The translations under genes were made by a program, and so were the position numbers. The notes beneath the pieces were generated by a model, which did not search any database, was not told where the DNA came from, and worked only from the letters and a program-made list of their open reading frames with translations. This document shows, in pieces, positions 1 through 13,000 of a DNA stretch of 64,000 nucleotides. Each line of letters starts with the position of its first letter. Within the stretch, counting starts at the first letter, position 1. The DNA is from Iphione sp. A-MEVVRFRX5. Lineage: Eukaryota. The DNA lies in contig OZ320318.1 of assembly GCA_976226885.1 (NCBI GenBank), forward strand, positions 25,854,001 through 25,918,000. The letters run 5' to 3'.

Positions 1-542
1 ACGCCAGTTGGTTACGATCAGCCCGCCGAACTACTCACGACCTACTCGCGAGCGCCTTCGGAGCGATTCACCTGGTTACGTCTCTGAAACGCTATACAGA
101 AGTCTGGAACAACACCAGGACGGCTCTTTACTATGCCAGCAGCGGCTATCCACATTGGCAATTCATAGAGCAGTTGTTGATGGTCAGATCTATCCTGTCA
201 GCCTCTTTACTTATCTCAGGGGCGGTGACGGCATTGTGATCCTGGCTGGCTCGTTCTTGTCGGTAGAAGGAATTACGTAGCGGATTCTACCACTACTTCT
301 GCCTGAAAGCTTCAGAGACTTCTTTTTTCACGGCACGTAATCCTGTCTTTAAGGACGTTGCGAAGCTAGTTCAACTAATGGAGTGTTTTCGGCAGCTCAG
401 TTAAATCAATACAACCAACGTATTTAGACTACTTTGCTTTATTTCACAGCTGCAAGATAAAAAAAAGTTCTAACTTGAACTGCTGCTTAGAACGAAATAA
501 TAACTAAAAACATAACTTAAAAAAATAACTAAAAAACCGAAA

Positions 543-1027
543 ATGACAGATAACGTCACTTGGAATCCTCTACCACTTCTGAGTTCGGAAACAATATCAC
601 AAGGCCTTGTTCACGTAGATACCTTGACGGACACAGGAAACTTGTCGAATGGAACTTCCTGGCCGCTACCAAACGTCACGACGACTCAGCGTGGCCTAGA
701 CCCCGAAGGAGCGGCTGGACCGGTTGCAGTTGTCCTGCTGTCGTTGCTTTTCTGCGCCATCGGTTTTGTCGGCATCGTCGGCAACCTGCTGGTCATCTGG
801 GTGATCATGACCGACCGCAAGATGCGCAGCTCCGTGACAAACCTGTTCATTCTCAACCTGGCTGCCGCCGACTTCCTTATCATGCTCTTTGGTGTGCCGG
901 AGATCGCGCAGGTCATTGTCAACAAGGGCTGGGTCCTGGGCCCCACAATGTGTCGAGTCGAGCGTTATGTGCTTGTCTTCAGCCTCTATGTCTCAATCAT
1001 GTCGCTCGTCTCCGTCTGCGTGGAAAG
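543..1027 (+). CDS. Class A (rhodopsin-like) neuropeptide-type GPCR, coding exon 1 (N-terminus, TM1-TM3)
   Basis: ATG at 543. Four N-x-S/T sequons in the N-tail, TM1 GIVGN, TM2 NLAAAD, TM3 cysteine and CVER. The exon ends AG|GTGAGT at 1027/1028 (phase 2). An acceptor-like tttgctttatttcacag at 433-449 suggests an upstream non-coding exon. Confidence 0.95.
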
Positions 1028-4000
1028 GTGAGTCCAGGAATGAGTAACTGAATGTAGCTCAGTTAATCATGTAGAAGTGTTCTCTCGCATCGCATTGGTG
1101 TTTGGTCTAGGATAGTTGAAGGTAAAAGTGAGGAAACAGAGGACCAATATCTTCGAACCGCTGACAATGGTACAGTCATTAGCATAAATAAACGTGAAAT
1201 GTTTGGTGCCTTTCATTTTGAAAATGGGCTTTATTTGAAACCTATATTCGTATCCAGATCGTGTTACGCTCCAGCAAATGGAAGGAAAAGGGAATATATA
1301 TAAATATCTATCAGATTAGCTCTTAATTCACGGACCTGGACCTTTTTGAATGGTAAACTGGTTAAAGCAGTTGATGTGTTTAAGGCTTCAACGACGCACT
1401 CAACGTTGATTGGGAGGATCTCTAGACCTACGAAACAACACTCTAATTGTAATTCCACGCATGTTTCTAGGACCAACTGGGCAGACAATGAAAACATGGA
1501 CTTAATTGGGGTGAATTATGGTATCAAACCTAATAAAGGCATATCAGTTAGTGTACGGAATATGAAATAGGAAGTGCGTTTGTCTAATAGGACAGCAACG
1601 TTTCTGGGCGTAAAGAGAGTTATCAGTAGAAGGAATCTATTGGATACTTGCCCAGTAAGCCATTCGGCGCCAAATACTGCCAGATCTCACGATGATGAAA
1701 TAACTCAATCAAAGATCAAATTAGGAAGGAGCTCGCAAAGTGTTCCGTTCCGCATCGATGGTTTGATAAGCGTCAGTTCTGTGCCTAAAATACAGGGGTG
1801 TTGAGAAGAAATCATCAGCTGCCTTGTGGCAGCCATCTGCAGAAAAGGATTGTTAAGTGAATTACAAATGCTCTGACAATTCTCTGATACTTTATCATCT
1901 TCTCAAGATGGCTGAAATTCGGAGCACTTGTTTTCGAAATGGAAATTGAATCGGGGCAATTACTGGGTATTTCAGCACAGATTTAAACAGACGGTTTATT
2001 TGTCTGTTTAATCTATTGACCCAAATCGGTGTTCTTAATTACGTAAGGTAATTTGCGTTTAATGAACTATTTGATAGCATTATCCACGATCTTACCAAAG
2101 TCTGTTCCCCCCTCCGCGGAAGGATTAATTTCTCTCCGTGGAAACGAGCGTTTTTTTCCCATGAGGATCTCGGTCATGACCCGTAATCAGACTTAAATTT
2201 CATAACATGTTGAAGCAAACAAAGTGATGTTTAAGTACGACGCCCTCCCGCTTGTCTTGCTGCACTGACAAAGGTGATCAAATCAACCGAGCAAATAGGC
2301 GAAACATTGAAGGGCCGCCATTAAAGCTGAGGTCCTGTTAGCGGTACAGTGTAGATATCGGTTAAGCACACGACGCTAAGTAAATAACATGTAAACTTTG
2401 GTCGCATAAAGAGGGTGGACCCAAGGTGAACAACGTAAGTGATACGATGAATGCATTCAGGACGCGATAGTTTTCAAATCCATGTTGGTCAGCTAGGCTT
2501 ACTTGTAGACGGAACTGATTATTGACATCTGTCTCTAAAGTAGCGACGTAAGTGAAGAATATCGTGGATGACGCGCTGTCATCATTCATTAGTCCAACAT
2601 ATAATTAGACCTTAATGAATATGTACATGTGATAGTGTGGATCTGACGCTAATTTTTCAACCTGTACTTGTATACGGTTCACATTTTCGTCTCGAATTCT
2701 GATCTCTTTACTTATCAAAGTGGCCTCCGGCGGTGGTAGTGGAGTGTGGTGGGGCCAGATGTCCTTTCGGGACGTGCATTTAAGGACACTTGAATGCTCT
2801 ACCATATACGTGTCTATTTTATCCATGATGGGCATCAGCTGAGGTAGCAGTTTCATAAAGAGAAAAGCTTTACATACGTATCAGGTCTCACACAAAATAT
2901 GTCTTTATTCGTTTTTTTCTAATCCTAATATACACTTTTGACCTAGTAGCTGAGAGACATTATTCCACAATTAACAACATTCAGCTCATATTTCCTTATT
3001 TTTTGTGGATGTTAATCAGTGATATAGCAACATTTTTACTTGCCAGAATACTTCTTCACTCATACGGCAAACTTCCTCTTCTGATATCCTAACGGTTCAG
3101 ATTTGAATTTTTATGTGCAATGCGATCTCTCTCCTATCACTCATCATTATTCCTCAACTGTGGTTAATATCATTTGAAAGAATTCAAATTGGTGAACTGA
3201 CGAACATGTCCAGTGTACCCCTGATTTTTCTTTGAAAGGATTATCTATAAACCATTCCGATCAGCGTATGTTTGGCAGTGGGCTTAACAGGAACCTGCAC
3301 GTATTCAAGCTCCATATTTTGTATGTAGTCATCTGAAGTATTCACAAAATTCCTTATCTTCGACCTATTCATACTGATGATTACAAGTCACAATCATGTA
3401 ATTTTGTTCTCAGGCAGTAGAATATCACAGCCGACTCTTATGTTATTCTTCCACGTCAGTTGAGATGGATGAATGATCATTCTTCTGGATTCCAATAGAT
3501 TGTTCAATACATTCTTTATTGCAATGTAATTTTCCAAGAACGTGTCTCACTGGTTCATAATTCCATGTACCACTTGGGCAGAATTATATAAGAAGGGAGG
3601 AAGCATGCAATAAACTTGTTTACACGTGTGGAATCTAACCGTGGGTAGACCTTTCATTGCTTGACAAACAAGAACTACAACAGAGTCTCAGAGCTGTAAC
3701 TTTATTCCAGTTGAAACATTACAACATTCGATTGTATCATTGGCTTTAACAAGCTGTTATGCTGGAAATAACAGATTCGGGTGAATTCGCCTAATAGCAT
3801 GTGTCAACGTCAGTTCGACTTTTGTGAATAGGATCAGGGTTAGTGTACTATATTTCCTTTCATTAGTTGCAGTCACTTGTGTATGTAATTCGACCTGTCT
3901 TACGTCATAGCTTATATTAGCTGTGGTCATTTTTGTATGGATTTCGTGTTATCTTATCTCATGGGTTAATATCAGATCAGCCACATAGTTTGGCCGTCTA

Positions 4001-7000
4001 TGTGGCCTTTTTTAGTTCCATTTTTTCCCATGGGTGAGCAATGCTCATATTACAAGCTTTTGTATATATTATCTTTTAAATTTCCATATAGATTCAATTC
4101 AGTATAGTTACAATCGGCTTAAACATCTTTATGTGAATGTATGACCGAATTGAGAGCGACAGGTCCATGATCTATTGCAACACTGTAACACTACTAATTT
4201 TCTCTCATTGACTCTATTAGGCAAAAACTAGAATGGAGTATGTATTTGTAACTGATACATTCTTATTAAAGCAAACAAATTAATATCTAAAAATGAAGTG
4301 ATGTATTCGTTTAATTTTGATTTGTAAAGTACCACCTCTCAACAAATCTGGAATCAATCAGTCAATCGTCCCGAGTAGTTCGCAGGAGCAATAGTTTCCA
4401 GTAATAGGTAAAACATTTTTTTAGAGTGAGTGCCATATAAAAGTCAGGTCCGTTAGATGGATGAGAGCATGGTTGTTGTTGCTAAATCGCTAAATGATTT
4501 TGAATGGCATGGGCAATCATTTTGTTTGTCGGACCCACTCACCGCAAATTCGCACTGTGTACCGTACAATGCATCCATGCGACAGGTATTGGGTCGGCTA
4601 TTGTGTTATTTGATTCCCCGTGAGAGGGCACTGTTCATTTTCTGTCATATCATTCCATGACCGATGGAATCGTTTTCGCAGCCACCGTATGCAGCTTTTT
4701 GTGATTCATATGAGGACTGAAGTCTGATCAAACCGTTACCGACGCACAATTCAGGAAACCTACCCCGATGGTAAATTCTATATACATTGTGTAAGATCAA
4801 TATCCACCGAAAGCCACAAATCATGTACAGCGGGTCTGACTACCTGTCCAAAACTGAAACCAACAAATTTATATTGGGTAAAACGATTATAAATAAAAGA
4901 AAACTCCAAAAGATGGAGGGCTGATTGAGTTATTTGAAATACATACATATTTTTACTAGGCCTGAGTGAAATTCAGTAGAATGTCATATCGGCTATAGCC
5001 TTTATTGTTATAATAAAGATACACAGCATGTTTAGTGTTCCCCCATCCCCTTATGAGAGATTCGAGGCATGTGTAAGCTCATATCCAACTCCATCCAGTA
5101 CTGCCATTGTGTTAGTCCTGGCATGCTTTGTCTATGATACAACTATAGCTGGGAGGTGTGATTGTTGCAGTTCAACGATAGTGTCCTCAGAAAAAAAACG
5201 GAGAAAGAATCTTATTCGCTGATATGGTATTCCTGGCTTTATCCTTCAGGAGATGTGTGTATGGTCAGATCAACCTTGGCTGTAGAGTTTACATATTTTA
5301 TATGCAATATCCTGTGGCCGTGAAGGGTTAATTAAGTAATTAATACTCATAACTGACCGATCACGAAATACGTGATCACAATAGAATAACTGGGCACTGA
5401 TGATGCACTTTTAGGCATTTGCAGGTACAACTCATTGAGTTGTCAGAGGAAGTGATAAACATGTCATTATGATGTTAGATACAGAACGTCTCTAAATTAC
5501 GTAGGTTCAGTCTATTACTAAACACCCGGTGGTTTCTCTAAAGTCTTTTAATGAAAAGAACATAACATTTCATTGCTCGGTTTTCGTTTCACACTTTTGT
5601 TAATGCGGTTACTAAAAGACCTCTGGATGTAGCAATCGGGGACTGCATGTACATATACGGCAATCCGCAACCTTGTGAGCACACGTCAAAATACCAATTT
5701 CTCAGCTAGAAGGTATACGTAAGTGGGTTGTCGCTGGAGCAATTTTACCACGATTTATGTGATAATGGTTACACTTACAGCAGGGAAGCATATACAGATT
5801 TCTTGCTGACCCTTGCTTACTTGTCATGTTTCTAACCAGTAGCATAGATCAATGGCCATTGTAATAAAACTATGTATGTATGCTCAGTATGATATGCAAA
5901 TGTTCAATAATGTATAAAAGAAAATTTCTTAGTGTACTCAGAAATTAAGGGTACGACATGTATGTATGTTTTTATTATTAACAAGTAGTTCTGACTCAGA
6001 AGATTCGGTTCGCAATTAGAGAATTTACAGAAACAGAAGTATAAAAAGGATTCTGCCTGCGTTGAACAGACACAAAATGAGGCTTTTGCTGTAAAACCCG
6101 AGTGTTAACATACCTAAAACTCTCGACAGGAGAGAATGGCTCACGATCAACAATTAGTGATAAATTACATAATGAAGCCTTGCATAAGAATACAGATAAA
6201 TTCGTTCGCATGTTTTGTCGAGCTGGTCATCTATGCACTCTATATGCAACGTATTTCATTATATGGACTGTAGGGTTTAAATTTTCTACCAAAACAAAAC
6301 AGTCATCAGATGAAATATGTCATTGCTTCATTTCCTGGTAAAAATTCAATTTCCAGGCAGACTGTAGAGAATTCCGAAAACTTCCATGGCAGTGCTGTTT
6401 AGATTTCTGCAGTGTAAGCTAAGTGGTGGATTTTTTTCTCTCAACAAAATGCATTTTATTTATTCATAATATGGCATTGTCCTATACATTTTGCGCCACA
6501 TCTCTATAATGTCTGATCTACGTGTCCAGAGCTCATAATAAAGGACTCAATCGCCTCTTTTCAGCCGAAATGATTTAATTGTATGGGGTCTGTAGAGACT
6601 GGTCCAATACCCAAGGCCAAAGTTTGTGATTTATTAGTTTATTGTGTTTGATAACTGCGATAAAATTGAAGATTACTCACATGCTGTCTCTCTATCAGGC
6701 TTTTTGCCCATACAAATTGGAACTTACGAGATCTTTCTGAATAAGAATAGATAGGAAGACATAAATGTTTATATTGGCCGTTAAATGCTGGACCATTATC
6801 AGTTCTGTTGAGATCGTCTATGCTTAATAACAATAATTTCTGTTCCCACGACAAAGTATTACTCTGTGGCATTCCAATACTGAATACGCACGCTGGAGGA
6901 ATACCCCAATTTCCACCAAAGGCTGGAAAAATCTTTCCAAAGGCTCCGCCTAGACAGCGGCCATTTGGAAGATTTAATTTGGCAATCCATAGGTGTGATT

Positions 7001-7049
7001 TGGACCAGCGTGTCTCCGTCCAATGATCTTATTTCCCTCTAATAGGGCT

Positions 7050-7600
7050 TTGAATTGCTCGTCGTTCTGACCAATTTCCGTGTGAATAATCTATTAGGCG
7101 CAGTGTGCATGCCTCAGGCTCTCTGCGTGGTAGCAGGGAGAGGAAGATGGATGGCGATGCATCGGATAGGTGTGGGTTTTTAAGGGCCGCCGCCTTGTTG
7201 TCCAAGGGCCTTTAGAGCTGTGAAGCTGGATCGAGAATCATAATGGAAGTTGAGAAGGTGGTGTAGACAGACTTTGAGGTGCTAGCTCGAGACTGGCAGT
7301 CCATTGAAGCCATGCAGGCAAACGGTGAAAGCTATAGGAACAGTTTCCCCAACCGCTATATTCACGACCATAACTGTCACAAAAATTGATGTTACTGTAG
7401 CACGCCTGTTTACAAGTATGAAATTGTCGCCCCGTCGATGTCCAACGGTCGTTGGTGGGCACTTTGGCCATTCTTTCTCCTGTCTTTTCAAGGTTGCCTC
7501 TATGCCTGATCGACACGCTCATGTCTGGTGGCGTTCGCTTCGTGTGTGCAGCCTTACGGCAGCTGTTCTTACCCTGTGTCACGTTCTGTCTTGTCCTATT
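7050..7600 (-). mobile_element. Probable decayed LINE 3' fragment
   Basis: EYSGWGNCS and LQWTASLEL resemble the LINE motifs LEY..VVWGNC and L.W.SLE.RR. Confidence 0.4.
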
Positions 7601-9434
7601 ACATGTTACACAGCTGTCTAAGTGAATGTCTGCATGCTGAGGAATGCTTTATTGACCAAAATATTTACACACCGAAAGGGTACATGCGAGGAAACACCAT
7701 GGAAGCTGTGGGTTTCAATCCATACTTTCTTTATAATGGCAGACGCACAAAAAACAGACATAAAATATTTAGCGTTAAGTAAATGCCTCCCCAAGGCTTA
7801 CTGAAAATGCTTTTCATAGAAACATACAGATTCCAGATATATTAGGTCTTCTTTTACAAGCTGGAAGGCAGAAATGTGCGTTTACAGAAACGATCGCCGG
7901 AGAACTGTGTGGATAGAGTGGGCGTCACTCTTGACTTCAGTGCGCCTTGCTCGCATCGTTCCGAAAGTAAATAAGATGATACTTTCTCTCCTGCGTCCCC
8001 TTATACCGATATATACAGCAGCAGCAAGGAGGTTCTCAATGATTGAATCGGTCTGAAGAGGACTTGATGAAGCACGGGGGCACTTTTCAAGGGGCCCATT
8101 CACTTGCAAATAGCGACTGAGGGGCATGATCGGAGAATAAAAGAGAATGAGAGATAGAGAACAAACAAACACTGGCCTTAACAAAGACTATCTCAAAGAG
8201 AGAATTCGCTTGCAATTCTTTTACCTTTTAACTGTTTCAATTTGCACTACTGTCAAAAGCATCTTAATTTGTTCTTTGGCAGAAAAATCGTATTAAATAA
8301 TGCTTAAAGACTAATACACTCTTAAAATACAGGTCCACATGGACGAGCGCAGGAAAGAAAAGCAGTCCGCATAAAATCCACACACACAAACTCTTTGATG
8401 CAAATGGAACAATCCCAAAACTAAAAACAGGCTTCAAGACATAAGTACAGGGCGAATGATAATCTGTCAAAACAAATGCAGGTAAGAAACATTTTGATAA
8501 TGAAATTTGATAATGAAAATGGGAGAAATGTGATCAACGTACACATCACGAAGTTATCCTAAGAACAATTCGAAGCCCTATATATTAGTGATGAATTTGG
8601 CGAAAAAGTATAGTTTTGTGCTCGTTGTTTAGTTCTGATACACAGTCTGTACTCTCGAATGAGAGATAGACACGTGTATACAAGGATTTACTTATTTGAC
8701 ATTTGACAAACAGATCCAAACAAAAAAGAGCGACGATTTTATAACATAATCTATAGTAGATATAGCCTATCAAAAGGGCTAACGCGATAAAGGGCAACGG
8801 GTCCATGGAAGTTGGCATGGGAAGTCCAGGTCTATAACTTGTTCGATTATTTTCCAACGCGTGGTAGGGAGCGTGCTGCAAGGGGGTGAGGCCCCCATTC
8901 AGGAAGGCCGATGATGGTTGTGTCTGGGAGAGGAGGGCGTTTGCCACCCGCAGAAACAACAGGCCGTACGCAGGAAGCCAACCGCGAAGCCACGTGCTGA
9001 CATTTAAAACGTTCGTTGCCCATGGGACTTGATCCTTGAAAACAGCCCACCCAGCCCACATGGCATATACCCGGTCCACTAAGCCTACCCCGCCAACGGC
9101 CAACGAACCCCGGGCTACGTAACCTAGCCTGACCAATCGAGTTTGAAATCAGCGCCGTTTCCATCTTTGGACCAATGCCAGGCTGTCGGGTTCATTTCCA
9201 GGGATGAAGTAAGTTCTTTACAATGACCGCACTATGTAGTCTCGCCGCTATCACACGTGTAAGCCATAACTACTCATCTATACAAGTATACCGTTGTAAA
9301 AACATTAATCATTTTATCAAAGCGGACATTCTCCACAATCTTTCCACTGTCCCGTCATTTAGGGTGAAGGGATGCATTTGGGACACTTTCTGAGAGAGAA
9401 GATTTAAGCAAGTGGATCAAAGTTGATATGACTT

Positions 9435-9667
9435 CACTGTAAAAAATACTTTCGGTTTTATAATGTATTGATACTGAAGTAGAATTTCACTCTAAGATAT
9501 CAAAACCATTTCAATCCTCCTCTAAACACTTCACTAAACTATTTTTAATACGTTAGAAGTCATTTATTTCATTTAAAACAAATGAGTGTTAATATTTTCA
9601 ACATATTACGGTATGTAAAAAAGTGTCAGACAAAAGGTTTTAAAACTACACGTTTGTTTTTACACTG
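9435..9667. mobile_element. Small non-autonomous DNA element with CACT termini (EnSpm/CACTA-like)
   Basis: CACTGTAAAAAA at the left end, TTTTTACACTG at the right end (one mismatch to a perfect TIR), TT on both flanks as a possible 2-bp TSD. Confidence 0.45.
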
Positions 9668-12099
9668 TTACCTTTTTCCTGAGATAGCTGGGTGACAAAG
9701 TTAGACCTTGCCTATTGGTAATCAAATCAGGACGTTCGGACACTTTCTCCCGTATCAGCGATGCGCATATAACTGACATGTGACGGGAGGAAATAACGAA
9801 AAAAACATTAATTTCCATCACCATTTAACGTAGATTGCACGAAGGCAATCATTCCATGCCTGTGCGCTATAAATGTTTGAACGTCTGCTGGGAGAGAAAA
9901 AAATTTATTGGCTTCCCAGTAGGCAGCGCTGGGCTGGTCTTCACATGCAATGAATACGCAACTGAAAAGTATATGGACAAGAAACTCTTCCAATAAATAA
10001 ACGAATCGCACTGTGCAAAGATTGGACTGTCTGTGAGAGGAAACTTGGCTATACAAATATTTTCTTACCACCTAGGGAGCTTCCTAACCTACTAGACGTT
10101 TTTGGCACTTCAATTATAGAATGCCTTCCTGGAATAAATCTACATGTTATCGCCTCCGGGGGGAAAGTTCCGCGCAGCTTGACAGAACAGCAAACAACCA
10201 AGTATCCTACATCCGCATGAACATCACGTTGTGACAGGAACAGGTGATAATCCACACTGATGAAGAAGTTTGCCGTGCACTTAAGTTTCTCCCATCTATT
10301 CACCACTTGAAATCTGAGGGAACCATATGTTATCTATCCTCCATGATACATTCACAAAGCTTTTTGTTTAATGAGTTTTAATTTTCAAGACTAACAAATG
10401 TTATGAATTATCTACACGGGATGAAGTGTCAACGATTTAGAGTAATTACAAACATAGCAATGGAAGGGGGGTTTTGAGGCGAGACAAACTGTCAGACAAA
10501 TGTGGAAACGATAGATTTAATGGTCCGTCTTTTGTACAAAGAAGCATCTGTTACACCACTTCCAACGATGGCATTTATAAATATGTTTGAAAGCACAATA
10601 GCATCGATATCTTCCTTTCCTGATGATGGGATGTTTAGTAGGAAAAAAAACAACTGCAAACAATAAAAAGCTCCAATTTCTGAGTTGATTTCCTACTAAC
10701 CGCTGCAAATCGAATTCATTTAAGCTGGATGTGTCCCAAGAGTCATATATCCAAGCTGATTAAATGTGTTCCTATCCATCATTTGGTGCTTCACAGGCAG
10801 TCTGTGATAGGTACAATAATGTTTCTCACACATGAGCCGGTCTTATGCTAATATCCCTACAGTCACTTATTAGTTGATGCAGCAAAGAGAGATGGGAAAT
10901 AGACACTGCGGACTTTATATTTATAAGCATGTTATTAGGAACAGGTGAAAACGGAGAGTATAATCGGGTTTGAATAGGTTTCCGAAGCATATCTCTTCCC
11001 CAGCATATAGGTCGATAAGTTAATCTGCCAAGAGTCACCCTAACATCCGTTCGATGACTATCTCCATCGCAAAGCTCCGTGTAACTGGACGTCCGCGCGT
11101 GTAAAGCAGTGGTTGTTCTATGCATCCAAGTATCCCTGGCACTGTTCCCGTCCAGCGTGTCTCTTGCGCCTGTGCTCGCAAGCCAATCTATAGGGCTTAT
11201 GTTCTATGTATTCGTTGAAGTTGATGAATTTTTTTCCTGGAAGCAAAAGCATTATGCTTTTCGTTGCCATGACGACGGCAGAGGGACGGAAGATAAGAGA
11301 GGTGAATGGTGATTGATTCCCGCGGCACCACGAGGTTCTGTCAGCTGAGCTGTGTGCAAGAGCAGTGAGAGCTGCTCGAACGTCAACACCGGGGCTAATA
11401 CAGTGGTGGCGACTCAATCAACCTGTAAAAGGCTGGCGCCGAGGGGCCCATCAGATCTGGTCCTACAACTCCTCCCTCACATGGCCATGAGACTGAACGT
11501 ACTGCTTTCTTTCTGATTTTGTGCGCATCCATTTTACTCCTCCTTTTGACACATCACCAGTCAACACAATCTGTGCTTTCATTGTTAGAACATGTGATAC
11601 ACGTAGCGTCTTTGTAAGTCACTGTTTATATATCAACATCGGTCTGCGCTCATATTGGACCAGCCATCTTCACACTCATAATACACTCATTATAACTCTT
11701 CTCCTCTCTCAGTTCTTCGTAAGAAAAACCAAGTTTGCCGTCTTATTAAGTTTTATTCGGCTCAGGTCAGGATCACACCGTAAGCCATAAAGTAATCCGG
11801 CCTTCGTTCCTCCGCGCCCTTCAGCTAATGTGTCACGTCCGTTTTCATCTTCCTCTTTACTCGATCTGTTAACGTACTTTCCAAAGTTGTGAAGAATGCG
11901 CGGCGCCCGTCTGGCACTAGATGGCTGTTAACTGATGTCTTTAATAGTCTCCGACAAATTGTCGAATTATGTGTTAATTTCGGCAGGTTCGTCATTCTAA
12001 ATGAGATTATTACAGATCAACCTGTCATAACCTTGACGAAAGAGTTAAGGATCTCCTTCAATGGTATGGATATTAAAATATGCGATGCTGCTTCATCTT

Positions 12100-13000
12100 C
12101 TATCAGGTTTATAAGTGTCAAAGCGATTTAACAGTCTTCGCACATTTCCAAGCTCTATACTGAGCATAGCAAACACCTTTACTGCATACCTATTTATAAC
12201 TAGTGATATTAATTTGCTTACATTTATTAATTTGTCTACAAGGAGGGAAGACCGGTTTCTTTTCACAAGCAACAATGTTGCTAAGCCGGATTGTAGTGCC
12301 ATAAATAATGAACCTTCGTGAAGAGTTCAGTACATGTAGTCAGACTGTATTACTTTGAATAGCTATTCTCTAAAAACGGGACAACCGGAACATTTCGACC
12401 GCGATTCTAATATTTTAATCCTGTCTAACCACAACAGTGGCGTCTTCCGAGTCAAACAGGAATTGAAGCTGACGCATTCGGAAGCCGTAGGCTTCAATCA
12501 TGGGCCTCATCTAGACCTCCATTGCTGTTGTTTATCAGAATGCCTTCATTTCCTACATTAAAGAGACCTATCAAATAAGTTTAGCAGTTTAGACATGATT
12601 TATCTTGTTAAAATTTCTCATCACAGAAAAAAACCCTCTGATTTAGGTAGCACGGATCCTGCCAAGCTGAAATGGGATTAGGTTTACATCTGACTGACAA
12701 AACGTCTGCTTAGCACTATGCAAATGTGGCGTTGTTGAGGGGTGGGATTGGAATAACGATAGGAAGTACTCAAAGGGAGGCCGATTTAGATTATTTACTG
12801 TAAGGATTCCTTATCCAAGCGCTGTCTTCGTCAGTTGTGGCGGCTTTTTATCGTGGGCTCTCAGTCGACTTCTACGTGGCTCTCCAGGGCCCGTGAAGTC
12901 CACTCTGCCACTACTCAATGTCTGGAGGCCCTTCGGTGGCAAGTCCTTGTTGACGCACCTCTTTAAGTACTGCGTCGATTTCAACCTGTTCAGGAGGTAA
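12100..13000 (-). mobile_element. Possible Penelope-like element N-terminal remnant
   Basis: QYLKRCVNKDLPPKGLQ resembles the FL.RC....L.PKGL motif of Penelope ORFs; no RT or GIY-YIG motif seen. Confidence 0.25.

Noticed and set aside
560-1051. 163-aa overlapping ORF on exon 1
   Set aside because: Starts at TTG, is an alternative frame of the GPCR and runs through the donor site; no motif.
11390-11450. PBS-like strings (aca-g-TGGTGGCGAC, TGGCGCC) hinting at another LTR element
   Set aside because: No paired LTR, PPT, TSD or pol motif found nearby.
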